A stretch of DNA of 64,000 nt from Callorhinchus milii. Its lineage: Eukaryota. Shown one piece after another: positions 50,801 through 61,248 of this stretch (positions are counted from its first letter, which is position 1; every line of letters begins with the position of its first letter). The notes beneath the pieces are model-generated. The model was not told the origin of the DNA. It saw nothing but the letters and a program-made list of their open reading frames with translations, and did not search any database. The DNA is taken from NCBI RefSeq assembly GCF_018977255.1, contig NW_024704743.1, positions 18,416,001 through 18,480,000 on the forward strand, read 5' to 3'. The translations under genes and the position numbers were made by a program.

Positions 50801-53800
50801 GGGGGGGGGGGGATCTACAATAAATGCTTTGGGATGCTGTCTTTATGTGTCATAGAAATTTTTCAAGCACTCATTGAAATCCTTCTTTTGAAACAGTTGA
50901 CTGATCTTACTGATTCTGCTTCTCGCAACAATGATGCCTTGCGTCTGTCAAAACAAGAGAATTCTGAGTCACGTAGACAAGTCCAGGCACTGACCAGTGA
51001 AATTAATGGACTTCGGGGAACGGTAAGTTGTCTCAACAACGACGACGATTTGCATTTATATAGCAGCCTTCATGTGGGATAGAGCCCCAGAGCACTTGAT
51101 AGTGGTGGAGTCTGACAACGAACCAGCGGAGAGGAAGTGGGAGATGACCGTTAGCACAATCAAAAAGGAAGGTCTTTAGATGGGATTTGAAGGTGGGGAG
51201 GGAGGGGGCAAGGCAGAGGAATTGATGGAGAGAGTTCCAGAATTTGGGGACATAGTGGCTGAAGGCATGGCCACCGGTGATGGAACGGAGGGTACGAGGG
51301 ACAATTAGGAGGCCAGAGCCAGCCAAGTGGAGGCAGCGGATGGTGGAGTGGGGGGTAAGCAGGTCAGATAGGCAGCGAGGTGTGAGGGAATGAAGTGATT
51401 TGAAAACAAGTGAGAGGATCTTGAGATTGATCAGTGAAGCCTGGCAAGGACTGGTGTGATAAGGGTACGGAGATTCGTGAGGGTGAGTATCCAGTCAGTG
51501 GAGTTTTAAATTAATTAGATTTTGTGTATGGTGGAGCTGGGGAAGCCAGCGAGGAGGGCATTAGAATAGTCCAGTCAGGAAGTGACTAAGGTGTGGACAA
51601 AGATTTTAGCTGCATCGGTTGTGAGGTATGGATAGAGGTGAGCAATGTGGTGGAGTTGGAATAAAGCGGTCCTGGTCAGGGAATGGATGTGGGGTAGAAA
51701 GGAAACATGGGGATAGAAATTGACATTCAAGTTGTGCATGGGTTCGGAGAGTCTGAGGGAGAGCCCGGGGAAGTTGTGTTCAGGCCTGCAGGAGTGAAGA
51801 TGTTGACAGGAACTGAAGAGTTTGGTTTCCATCTTGCCAACATTCAACTGCAGAAAATTCAAGTAATCAAAATCCTTGCATTTTACATAAAATCTCCTGT
51901 TTCTTGAACAATTTTTAATTGCTCTCAGTGATTTGTGTATTACAATTATTGAGTGAAATATCCCCATCAGTTTAGCCTTAGACCTTTTTTCTTAAGGTTT
52001 GTAGAACATGAACTTTTTGGACAATTCTATTTTATGTTTGAAGACAGTTTTCTGTGGATCATTTTAAAATTGCAAAATTACCTCCAATGAAGACTAGATT
52101 TAAGAATTGTCCAACTTCACACCTTAAAATGCTTAAGAAAAAGTCAAGACCCAGGCAGAATTTCTATCCCCTGTTCATTATACTTTGATTGACTCTTCCC
52201 CTAACCTGTCAGCTGTATGCATTCTAGCTCTCTTTAGTGTGAGACTTGGCAATGGGAATTTCTTCTCCCAATGAAGAATAGGTAAACTCCTACAAGATTA
52301 TTTTCTAGAATATATGAATAATGTCTCCTGTATATCTAATGCTTTCAATATCATTAGAATCAGTCACAGCCCAAGATATTATGAAAATCCTCCCTACACA
52401 TACAGCTGCTGCTGGAATGCATGAAGTAGGGAAACAGAGGAAAGAAAATTAACAACAAATGTAATTATTTGCTTTAAAACAGAATGAATCTCTTGAGCAC
52501 CAAATGCGGGAAATGGAGGAACGATTTTCCATGGAGGCAAACAACTACCAGGACAACATCAGTCAGCTTGAAGAAGACATCCATAATTTGAAGGATGAGA
52601 TGTCCCGTCACTTGCAAGAATATCAGGACCTATTGAATGTAAAGATGGCCCTAGATATTGAGATTGCAACCTACAGGAAGCTTCTGGAGGGAGAGGAAAC
52701 CAGGTGCAAGATTTGTGTGATTTCTGTGCGCTTGAACTGGGGTGGGGGGGGGTGGTGAAAGATCTTCGTTTGAAAACCAAGATTTGAAAGTCAAGAGGGA
52801 AGGTGTGAGGTGAAAGGATTTCGGGAGAGATTTTAAGAGAATAGGGATAAAGTGGCTGAAGGCTTGCCTGCTGATGTGGGACAGAGCAGCAGTGGGCACA
52901 GAGCAGGTTGGAGTTAGTGAAGTGACCAGGGGAGTAGGGCAGATGAGGACAAGAGTCTTAAAGTGATCCACTGGAAGCCAATGCAGCCAGGTGAAGATGG
53001 GAATGATGGGCTTGCAAAACCTGATATTAAAGAGAACACAAGCAGCAAATGTTTGGAATTTCCAAAATGTGGAGCTGGGGAGACTGATGAGCAGAAAAAA
53101 TCGATTCTGGAGATGACAGAGGTGTGGATGAGACTTGAGGCTATTTGGGGATGAGGTAGTGATGCAGATGTGGAGTGGACTTTGTCAGAGTCTAGATGAA
53201 AGGTTTGAAGGAGAGTTGAGAGCAAACAAAACCCTAAGTTCAAAATGGACTCCCGTGATTTGTAGGGAGCAACTGAGGCAGTTGATATGGTCAGCCCCTG
53301 AAGTGAGGAGGCACTGACTGGACTGGAGCGAAATAGCAGCCTCAATTTTTACCTGTTTAGTTGGAGAAAGCAGTTTTTTTTTTTGTTTTTTTCACTTAAA
53401 CATCGAAGGTTTTAAAACAAAACTTTTTCCTATGATAAAGTGAATACCATTAATGGTTTAGGTAATCCAGATACACATCTTTGTATTTAGCTTTATATTA
53501 TTGAGACTACTGAGACTAGTCATTGATACAGTGATACATTTCTATAACTATTGATCCAAATCCCGTTCATATGAATCATTTTACCACCTAACTCTTGACA
53601 TTATTATCTGGAGGTGTAAGGTTCATTTGTTTCTAACTTGACCACTACTTGGAATGGACCATATGGATGGAGAAATTCATCTGTTTTAGAAGGGAGAAGC
53701 AAGGGGAAGTAAACAGTACTTTGTCAAGGAAGAGAATTGTCCTTTTTTTAAAAAAAAATGACCATTGATCTGAATTACTATTGGATGTTATGCAGAAATG

Positions 53801-55495
53801 CACACACTTTATATCAGTAAATGGGGAACGTTGAAATAAAAGTCATATTTTTCTTTACAGGATTGCTGGACCCATCCCAAGCTTTAGTTCTCTATCCTTT
53901 CATGGTAGGTGTTTTTTCCTTTTATGAGCACATAAATCGTGTCCTTTTATGAGCACAGGGATAAGTCCATACTTAGACCAAATGTAAGGATTAATAAATT
54001 GGCTCCTTTTTCTATTAGTTTAAGTGTCCTGTAATATTCTTGGCCAATGGAAAAGTATTTAAGCGCTCCTTCACTAGATTAAAATTAGTTAACCACAATA
54101 AAATGTACAAGACATGTAGATGAGATTACAACTAGGAGTATGGTGGCTAAGGTTTAGAGGAACTTTTCCTCTATAGACTTGCTAAAATGTTGAAGCCACG
54201 CCTGGCACGTCACTTGTGTGATACAAAGTCGATTGCAGCCTTTACACAGGAATAAGATAAACACTAATTAATTCATTAATTTTTTAACACTTAAGAGGAA
54301 GATTTGGAGAAAAAGCAGGGAATTGGGGATTAGGATCGATGTCTTTAGTGGAGGATCAACTACCATCCTGCCTACTATGTCACTGAATTCTGTGGTTCTA
54401 TGGCCACTAGCTCTTGTTTGATGAATCAGTTAGTTGGCCTTGAATTATTATAGATCTGCTTGATTTGATAAGTCATTATCTCCTGGAGAAAGTTTAACCC
54501 TGAGGAGTTATTACCCTCCCCCCGACCCCGGCATGCATCCATTTTAACAACCTTGAAAGATTTTAGGGCTGAGTATTCCTAATTGGATTTAAATTCAGAA
54601 CCTTTCTGATGCTGAATCAGATGACCTATCCAAAAGGTTAGATAGTTCATTCAACGAAATGCTGTTGATTCCATTTTATACTTGTTTTGTTTTACAGACT
54701 CCACCTATGAGCACCAGCCCATGTTGGAATCCAAGAAAAGAATTACGATCAAAACATTTGAGACACAAGATGGAGATGTAAGTATCTGATTCTGTAAATT
54801 AAAAAAAACTTAATGTCTCCCAAAGACCATATTATTTTAACTGTGGCCTGACCAGCATTCCGTACAAGTTCAAATTGGCCTCTTTAGCCTTGTACTCTTT
54901 CTAATAGGGGTGATACCCTTTTCTTTGATGCTCAGGCTATGAAAGGGAAATTCAGTTATGCTCCCACTCCTGAAAACTGTTTTGCTCCCACACCTGAAGA
55001 CCTTCCTCTTTGACAATGCTTATGGTCATCTCCCCCCAGCTCGGTGTCATGCTCTGCCACTGTTGAGGACTTTGGGCCTCTGCCCTGCATCAGGGGCACT
55101 ATATAAATGCAAGCTGCTGTTGTGTAATTAAATCTTTTTGGAAAGTTTGTGTGACTATTGTCAGTGTCCATAGGAAGCACTCTGAGCTTAAGACCTGGTC
55201 AGATACAGATTTTAAAAAATTCTCTGCTCTGCCCCACATCTATTTGGCTCTAATGTCTTCCACGTTTGAAGAATCCACCAAATCTTTTAATTTTACACAT
55301 GATAAATGGCTGTTTGAAAGGGACCAGAGGGTTTCTCATGGCATCTGGCTTTAGGAGAGGAGGACTTGAGAAAATTGACAAAGAAATCATGTGCTGCATG
55401 CATCTATTTTATACATTGATGGAAAAATTACATTGAACAATTTCTTTTTATATTTGAAGGTGCTCAGTGAAACTACCCAGAGAATTGAAGACTAA
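41263..55495 (+). CDS. VIM: Vimentin (copy B), 9 exons, 462 aa
   Basis: join(41263-41825,44797-44857,49611-49706,50025-50186,50897-51022,52483-52703,53861-53904,54698-54777,55460-55495) = 1389 nt with an open frame and GT-AG introns. Vimentin-like segments include [23 protein letters not shown] and [19 protein letters not shown]. Vimentin 3'UTR element present; divergent from TRDMT1 as in the human locus. Confidence 0.88.
41830..42820. repeat. Compound (CAGT)n/(CACT)n/(CCCACT)n/(CTCACT)n simple repeat at the start of copy B intron 1
   Basis: Seen directly. Confidence 0.95.
42837..43350 (-). mobile_element. L2 3'-end fragment with internal tandem amplification of an approximately 40-bp unit
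   Basis: AATGGTCAGGGTGAGGGG is repeated about 6 times here but occurs once at 4601-4870. Confidence 0.8.
44797..44857 (+). CDS. VIM: Copy B exon 2 (61 nt)
   Basis: [20 protein letters not shown]. Confidence 0.94.
47380..47810 (-). mobile_element. Old L2 fragment
   Basis: [18 protein letters not shown] remnant; homologous to the other L2 copies. Confidence 0.65.
49611..49706 (+). CDS. VIM: Copy B exon 3 (96 nt)
   Basis: [32 protein letters not shown]. Confidence 0.95.
50025..50186 (+). CDS. VIM: Copy B exon 4 (162 nt)
   Basis: [33 protein letters not shown]...WYKSK. Confidence 0.95.
50897..51022 (+). CDS. VIM: Copy B exon 5 (126 nt)
   Basis: [42 protein letters not shown]. Confidence 0.94.
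51035..51860 (-). mobile_element. L2 3' fragment whose tail starts about 12 bp after copy B exon 5
   Basis: [11 protein letters not shown] and [10 protein letters not shown]; closely related to 3236-4215. Confidence 0.85.
52483..52703 (+). CDS. VIM: Copy B exon 6 (221 nt)
   Basis: [15 protein letters not shown]...[24 protein letters not shown](R). Confidence 0.95.
52760..53370 (-). mobile_element. Old L2 3' fragment
   Basis: [14 protein letters not shown]...FKTL and AFSHF remnants. Confidence 0.7.
53861..53904 (+). CDS. VIM: Copy B exon 7 (44 nt)
   Basis: [14 protein letters not shown], tttacag acceptor and gtaggt donor. Confidence 0.9.
54698..54777 (+). CDS. VIM: Copy B exon 8 (80 nt)
   Basis: (D)[26 protein letters not shown]. 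Confidence 0.9.
55460..55495 (+). CDS. VIM: Copy B exon 9, coding part
   Basis: [15 protein letters not shown]. Confidence 0.88.
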   Translation: MLSETTQRIED

Positions 55496-55577
55496 GCTTA
55501 CTGAAAAATTTCGACAAAGTTTCTTCTACGCATAGAAGCTGAATGTCCCTCTGCCTTTTAACCACCAAGAAGTGTTG

Positions 55578-55660
55578 GCTTTCAAGTGCCTTTCTGCATT
55601 TAACTGAAGAGTGCAACTTTCAGTAAAGTTGCATTGTAGGCTTGGATAGATCTGCAGAAG
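55578..55660 (+). other. Vimentin 3'UTR structured element
   Basis: GCTTTCAAGTGCCTTTCTGCA, recalled from the human VIM 3'UTR, followed by the perfect hairpin TGCAACTTT-CAGT-AAAGTTGCA. Confidence 0.7.
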
Positions 55661-55821
55661 CCCACTAAATGGCTTTACAGAAAGAGTCACTAAGTTTACA
55701 GTCTCACAATGATAAATAGTAATACTTAATTCATCATTTTGAATTTTTATTTACAGATCCAAGTCTTAAATAGCTTTTTTCCCCCTCACAACAATTATGT
55801 GTAAGCAAGCTGTCATGCTTA

Positions 55822-55827
55822 AATAAA
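55822..55827 (+). terminator. Putative polyadenylation signal of copy B
   Basis: AATAAA about 330 nt after the stop, at the position equivalent to the copy A signal. Confidence 0.65.
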
Positions 55828-56137
55828 AATTCAATGAAACTTTGAACAATGCTTGCATTCGTTTTTTTCGAGTTCCACGTACACATTGTAACATGCTAAG
55901 GTGCTATAAATGAAGATTTTTCTGAGAATGCTGCTGACATTCTAGTGATTCTGAGGCCACTGTCCCACTTGCTTGTGTTATATGGTGTGCTGACAAATCT
56001 GCCTGGAAAGCTCTTTTGATCATAATGACCTTTTGTTAGTAGCAGAAAGAGGCCATTCAACCTGTTCCACCAATTTGTTAGATCATGGAAGATCTTTTAA
56101 TTCAGTTTCCCTGCCTTTTTACACCTCTCCAGGACAT

Positions 56138-56460
56138 GGGACTCCTGTAGCATAGTAGTTGGAGTACTTGGATTGCAAGCGAGAGGACCTGGGTTCAATT
56201 CCTGGGTGGAGCAAAACCTTAGGTAAGTTCTTTCTTACTCCACACACTTCTGTTTACCTAGCAGAAGTAGGAACCCGGCTGAAAGTCAATCGGCAGATCA
56301 CATTCTGGGGGTAATCCCTCAAAACAAATTTGATCACTCAATCAATAACTGTTTGTGGGACACTGCTGTGCAACTGTGCTACATTTCACCCACAAAATAC
56401 AGTCAATCCAATTTATAATATATTCTGTGAGGCCCTTTGAGACGTCTCAATGATGTGATA
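56138..56460 (+). mobile_element. tRNA-derived SINE, older subfamily
   Basis: Homologous to 4925-5288. Confidence 0.75.
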
Positions 56461-57009
56461 GCAACAAATTACATTTGTATGGCGCCTTTCACTTCAGAAG
56501 GATGTCCCAAGGTACTGGGTTAAATGCAAGGATTATTAGGATGATTATTTTCTCCATACCTTTTAATATGTCATGGGATCTACCTTTCTCCTTTTTAAAC
56601 AACCCAATTGATTCTTCCCATTTGTCATCTGGAGCAGTACATTATCCCACATTTCACAACCTGGGTGAAGAAATGGTTGATTTCATTTTTAACTGGTTTG
56701 GCTCTTAATTCTAAAATCAAGTACCATTATTTTGGATTTGTACACCATAGCAAGCAGTTGTCCACTAGTTGGCCTGTCAATTCACTTCATTATCTTAAAA
56801 CACTTTAATCAGATCACATCTAAACATTGTACACAAAGAATCCTGCTTGACTGGGAGGAAATTAAGAACATATGAAATAAGAACAGGAGCAGGTCATTCG
56901 CCCCTCAAGCCTGCCCTCATATTTAATAAGATCATGGCTGATCTTCTAATTCCATTTACCAGCCCTATCCCCATATCACTTGTTCCCTTTAGTTTTTAAA
57001 AATCTATCG

Positions 57010-60000
57010 ACACCTGCAAGCCAGCATGAGCGATGGTACAATGCACAAACTACTGACAAAGTAGCTATCCTGATGGTGGGTGCAGAACATGGTAAGCAGG
57101 ACATTGTATTGCAGCAACTTGACAACAAACTCAAATGAGTGTGTGAGACTAACAGGGCATACAATGCCTTTCAGTATCCATTCTTCCCACTTGATGAAGA
57201 TGACTACCATTTCCAGATACGGCAAACAAAAGGTGTCTGCTATGGCTCTTTATACGCACAGGTTGATGCAACGTGAAGGCGATTACAACATCCTTCTGCG
57301 TACAAAAGACCTCAAGCATCAATTCGTCATAGACATTTATGCCAAGATTGACTCCCTTTTTTTCCTGCTTGAACCAGAAGAAACTCAGGGCTGAGGAGTA
57401 CATTCATTTGCACGATGCAGTTATACATTATGTTGATACCAGCAATGGTAGGTCAACTGGTTATCTTGCCATCCAGTTTCACTGAGGGGCCGTGGCTTAT
57501 GCTCGAAAGAACTCAGAATGCATTGTGCTGTGTGAGCGTACAGTCAACCTGACCTTTTCATCACATTAGTTCCATGCGAAATACTTTGGGACTTCATAAT
57601 AGAGAAAGAACAAGAGATGCGACAAGTATTTCACATGGAACTCTTGTAATTGGGAGAAGATCAAGCAGGAACTGTTGCCTGGACAGAAGACACAGGTCTG
57701 CCATGATCTCACAGCCAGGGTTTTCCATCTTAAAGTTCTTAAACTAATGGAGTTAAGCACCCAAAATCATGTCTTTGGCGAAGTCCATTGCTACCTCTAC
57801 ACCATTGAGTGGCAAAAGCGTGGTCTTCCTCATGCACATATTCTTTGGCTCATCGAAAAAATATGCCTTAACCGAGTCGCTATGCTCTTTGAAATCATAA
57901 AGAAATACATGATTCATGGCCCATATAGACAATTTAACAGAAAATCTCTCTGCATAGAAGATGGGCCTGCTCAAAGCATTATCCAAGGAGCTTCGTACAG
58001 GAGACCCAAACAGGTCATGATGGGTATCTTTTGTACAAGGTAGAGGTCAACTGGAGGTGGTAGATTCCATGCAGTACTAACAAACAGCAGGTGGAAGAAG
58101 ACAACCGTTGGGTTGTCCTATACAATCCTTATCTCGGCTCTTCAAGGCTCAGTTCAATGTTGAGTTTTTCAGCTCTGATAAGAGCATCAAATATGCGAAC
58201 AAGGGATACGACATGGCTATGTTTTGACTCGAGAGGGAGGAAGCCCAAAGATACGTGGTAACAATACTAGATGGACCAATACGTGAGCACGAATGAAGCA
58301 ATCTGGAGAACTTTGGGCTTCCACATATATGAATGCCATCCAGTGATCCAACACATTCAGTATCACGTTGAAATTGGCCAAAGCGTGTTTTTTACTGAAC
58401 ATTCACTTGAACTTCCTAAAACCACGCTAACTGCATTCTTTCAACTATACCAACAGGATGAGTTTGCAAGAATCCTTCTCTACTGTGAGGTCCCAAAGGA
58501 TTTCACATGGAACTCCCAGACCAAGAAGTGGAAGCGAAGAGTTTGAGGTACTCCTGTTGAAGGCTATCGACTTGGCAGAGTGTACACAGTGTATCCAAAC
58601 AACTTTGAATCCTACTTCCTAAGGCTTTTGTTGCACACTGTGAGAGGCCCAACAAGCTATAAGGATCTTACCACCTTCGATGGCAAAGTCTGCGATATGA
58701 TCCGAGAAGCATGCCACCTCAGGGGTATCCTAGAAGACAATACCCACTGGAACCACGGTCTACCATCAGACTGAAGGATTTGTTTGCCATCGTGCTGCAC
58801 ACTTGTGGTCTCTCTAATCCAACACAGCTGTGGAATAACCACAAAGAAAGCACGTCAGAAGACATTTTCCATCAGCTACGCAGTGCAAATCCACAAACCA
58901 GACTACATCTTCAACCAGGCCTTCATATACCTAGAAGACAAGCTAATGGCATTGGGGGAAAGGCATTGCCACAGTATGGTCTGCCCTCTACTCACAGAAC
59001 AGAATATGTCACCTTCCTTGCCCAGGGAAATTTGCCAGGAACTCAACTATAAAAAAGATGAAATGCGACACTGTGTCCAGGAGAGAGAATCCACCGTGAC
59101 AGAAGATCAAGCTGGCATATCACAGTATCCTTCACAAAGTTTACCACAATGAAGGAGGCATTAGCTTTCTTGATGCACCTGGTGGTACAAGAAAAATATA
59201 CCTCATCAATCTCATCTTGGCCAACATTTGGTCCAGGGGCCAAATTGCACTTGCTGTTGCATCCTCTGATATTGCAGAAACTCTACTTACAGGTGGCAGA
59301 ACAGCTCTTTCTGCCTTCAAGCTGCCATTGAAACTTTCTCATACAGAGGAACCAGTGTGCAATATCAAGAAGGGTATAGCTGCAGCCAAGGGCTGGAAAA
59401 CCATTGTAAGGGATGTCGCACAAGCATGCCTTTGGGGCTCTGGACAGGACACTTCAGGGCATCAGGAAAAAAATCCAGACGATGGGAGGAATGATACTTA
59501 TTTTGTCGGGAGACTTCTGCCAGGCACTATGTGTCATAGAGGATCTGTCAATCCTTGCTGATGAACTCAATGACAGCCTTAAGGCTTCCAGGCTGTGGGC
59601 ATTTGTAGAGAAGATGAACCTCAGCTGGGACATATGCTGACCTCCTTCTGGAAATTCAGGATGGCAAAATTCCAGAGGATCCAACAGTTGGCCAAATTCA
59701 GATCTCTGAAGGTTGTGGGATCATTGTGCAAGATATAAAAGAGCTCAAAAACAAAGCTTTCCTGAACCTCAGCCATAACTACACAAATCATAAGTGGTTG
59801 TGTCAATGAGCAATCCTTGCTCCAAAAAATGAATCTGCTAGCAAGATCAATTCCCAGCTACTCAATGGTATCCCTGGCCGAGAAACTGTGTACAAGTCCA
59901 AAGATACTGTTCCTGACATTAAAAGTGCTGTCAACTACCCAACTGAGTTTTTAAACTCTTTATAACCATCCGGTATGCCTCCACACAAACTCATCCTAAA

Positions 60001-60581
60001 GCTTGGATGCATAATAATACTGCTGAGGAATCTATATGCACCAAAGCTATGTATGGCAGAAAGTTGGTGGTAAAGCAGTTTATGTTACATGTTATAGAAG
60101 CAACTATTCTGACTAGTCAGTTCAAATGGGAAGATGTATTCATTCCTCGCATCCCACTGCTCCCAAATGACTGCCTGTTTGAGTTAAAAAGGCTCCAATT
60201 CCGCCTTCAAATGTGCTTTGACATGTCAATTAACAAGGCCCAGGGCAGACCTTAAAGGTTACTGGCCTTTTCTTGAATACACCCTGCTTTTCCCATGCAC
60301 AGTTCTATGTTGGATGCTCACGTGTGGATTCATCTCAAAACCTGTACATCCTTGCCAAAAGAGTAAAAACTGCAAATGTCATCTACATGGAAGCCTTGTA
60401 ATAACTTGAGGACCTGCAGCATCATACAGTAAACCCTTTCGGTTACGTAGCTTTGATAAGAGTCCTCCCAAAAGGAGTCCTCCCAGATAAGTATAGATAA
60501 AGATGAAATGTCTGTCTGTGTGAATCTACATTCCATATTGGATCCATTGGTTGCAAGCGTAGCTGCAATGTGGACAGCTGG
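57010..60581 (+). mobile_element. Decayed, 5'-truncated autonomous-type Helitron (Rep-PIF1 helicase)
   Basis: Motifs in order across frameshifts: HQFVIDIYAKI, LPSSF, PDLFIT, HUH motif IEWQKRGLPHAHIL (57804), IHGP, KYANKG, Walker A-like FLDAPGGTRK (59166), GDFCQ, INKAQG and FYVGCSRV. Stop at 60399-60401; candidate hairpin plus CTGG end at 60578-60581. Confidence 0.92.
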
Positions 60582-60743
60582 TTAAGTAATAAATATGTTT
60601 TTTAGTGTTGGCTTAATGGTCCAAACCATTCCTGTATATTCCTGTGTTCCTTTGACAGTTCAGGATGCAATTTGCATAAAGAATATCCTATCCAGGTTTT
60701 ATATTTCTTTCTTATCTACATTGCTATTCCATATACTGAATAA

Positions 60744-61248
60744 CAATAATCCGTGCATTTGATATAGAGCTTTATCACGTCTTTGAGACACTTCAAAGCT
60801 CTTCACAGAATATATTGGAAAGTGAATTGACTGTATATTTTGTTGAAGAAACGTGGCAGCCAATTGCGCATAGCAGTGTCCCAAACAGTTATGAGGATTG
60901 AGTGAACAAATGATTATATATTTTTTGAGGGGATTATTATCCCTGGAAAAGCGATCTGCCAATCAACTAATTGTGCAATTGTGCGCAATTGGCTGCCATG
61001 TTTCGCCCACAAATATATGGTCAATTCACTTTATAGTCTATTCTGTGAAACGCTTTGAGATGTTGAAAAAATATGAAAAGCGTTATATCAAATGCAAGGA
61101 TTATTATTATTATTATAACTAACAACTGGGTTCCTACTTACTGCTAGGAGTAAGTAGGAGTAAGGAAACGTGCCTAACAATTCAAGGGAATCGAACCTTG
61201 GTCCTCTCACTTGCAAAGGAAGAGCTCTAACCAATATGCTACAGGGCC
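60744..61248 (-). mobile_element. SINE (minus) interrupted by an oppositely oriented SINE 3' fragment (about 60970-61117)
   Basis: Tail and core at 60744-60965, head at 61120-61248, plus-strand tail between them. Confidence 0.75.

Noticed and set aside
41263..55495. Assignment to desmin, GFAP or peripherin (exon 2 ENNLAAFR is desmin/GFAP-like)
   Set aside because: Exons 1, 3 and 5, the 3'UTR element and TRDMT1 adjacency favour vimentin; a phylogeny is still needed.
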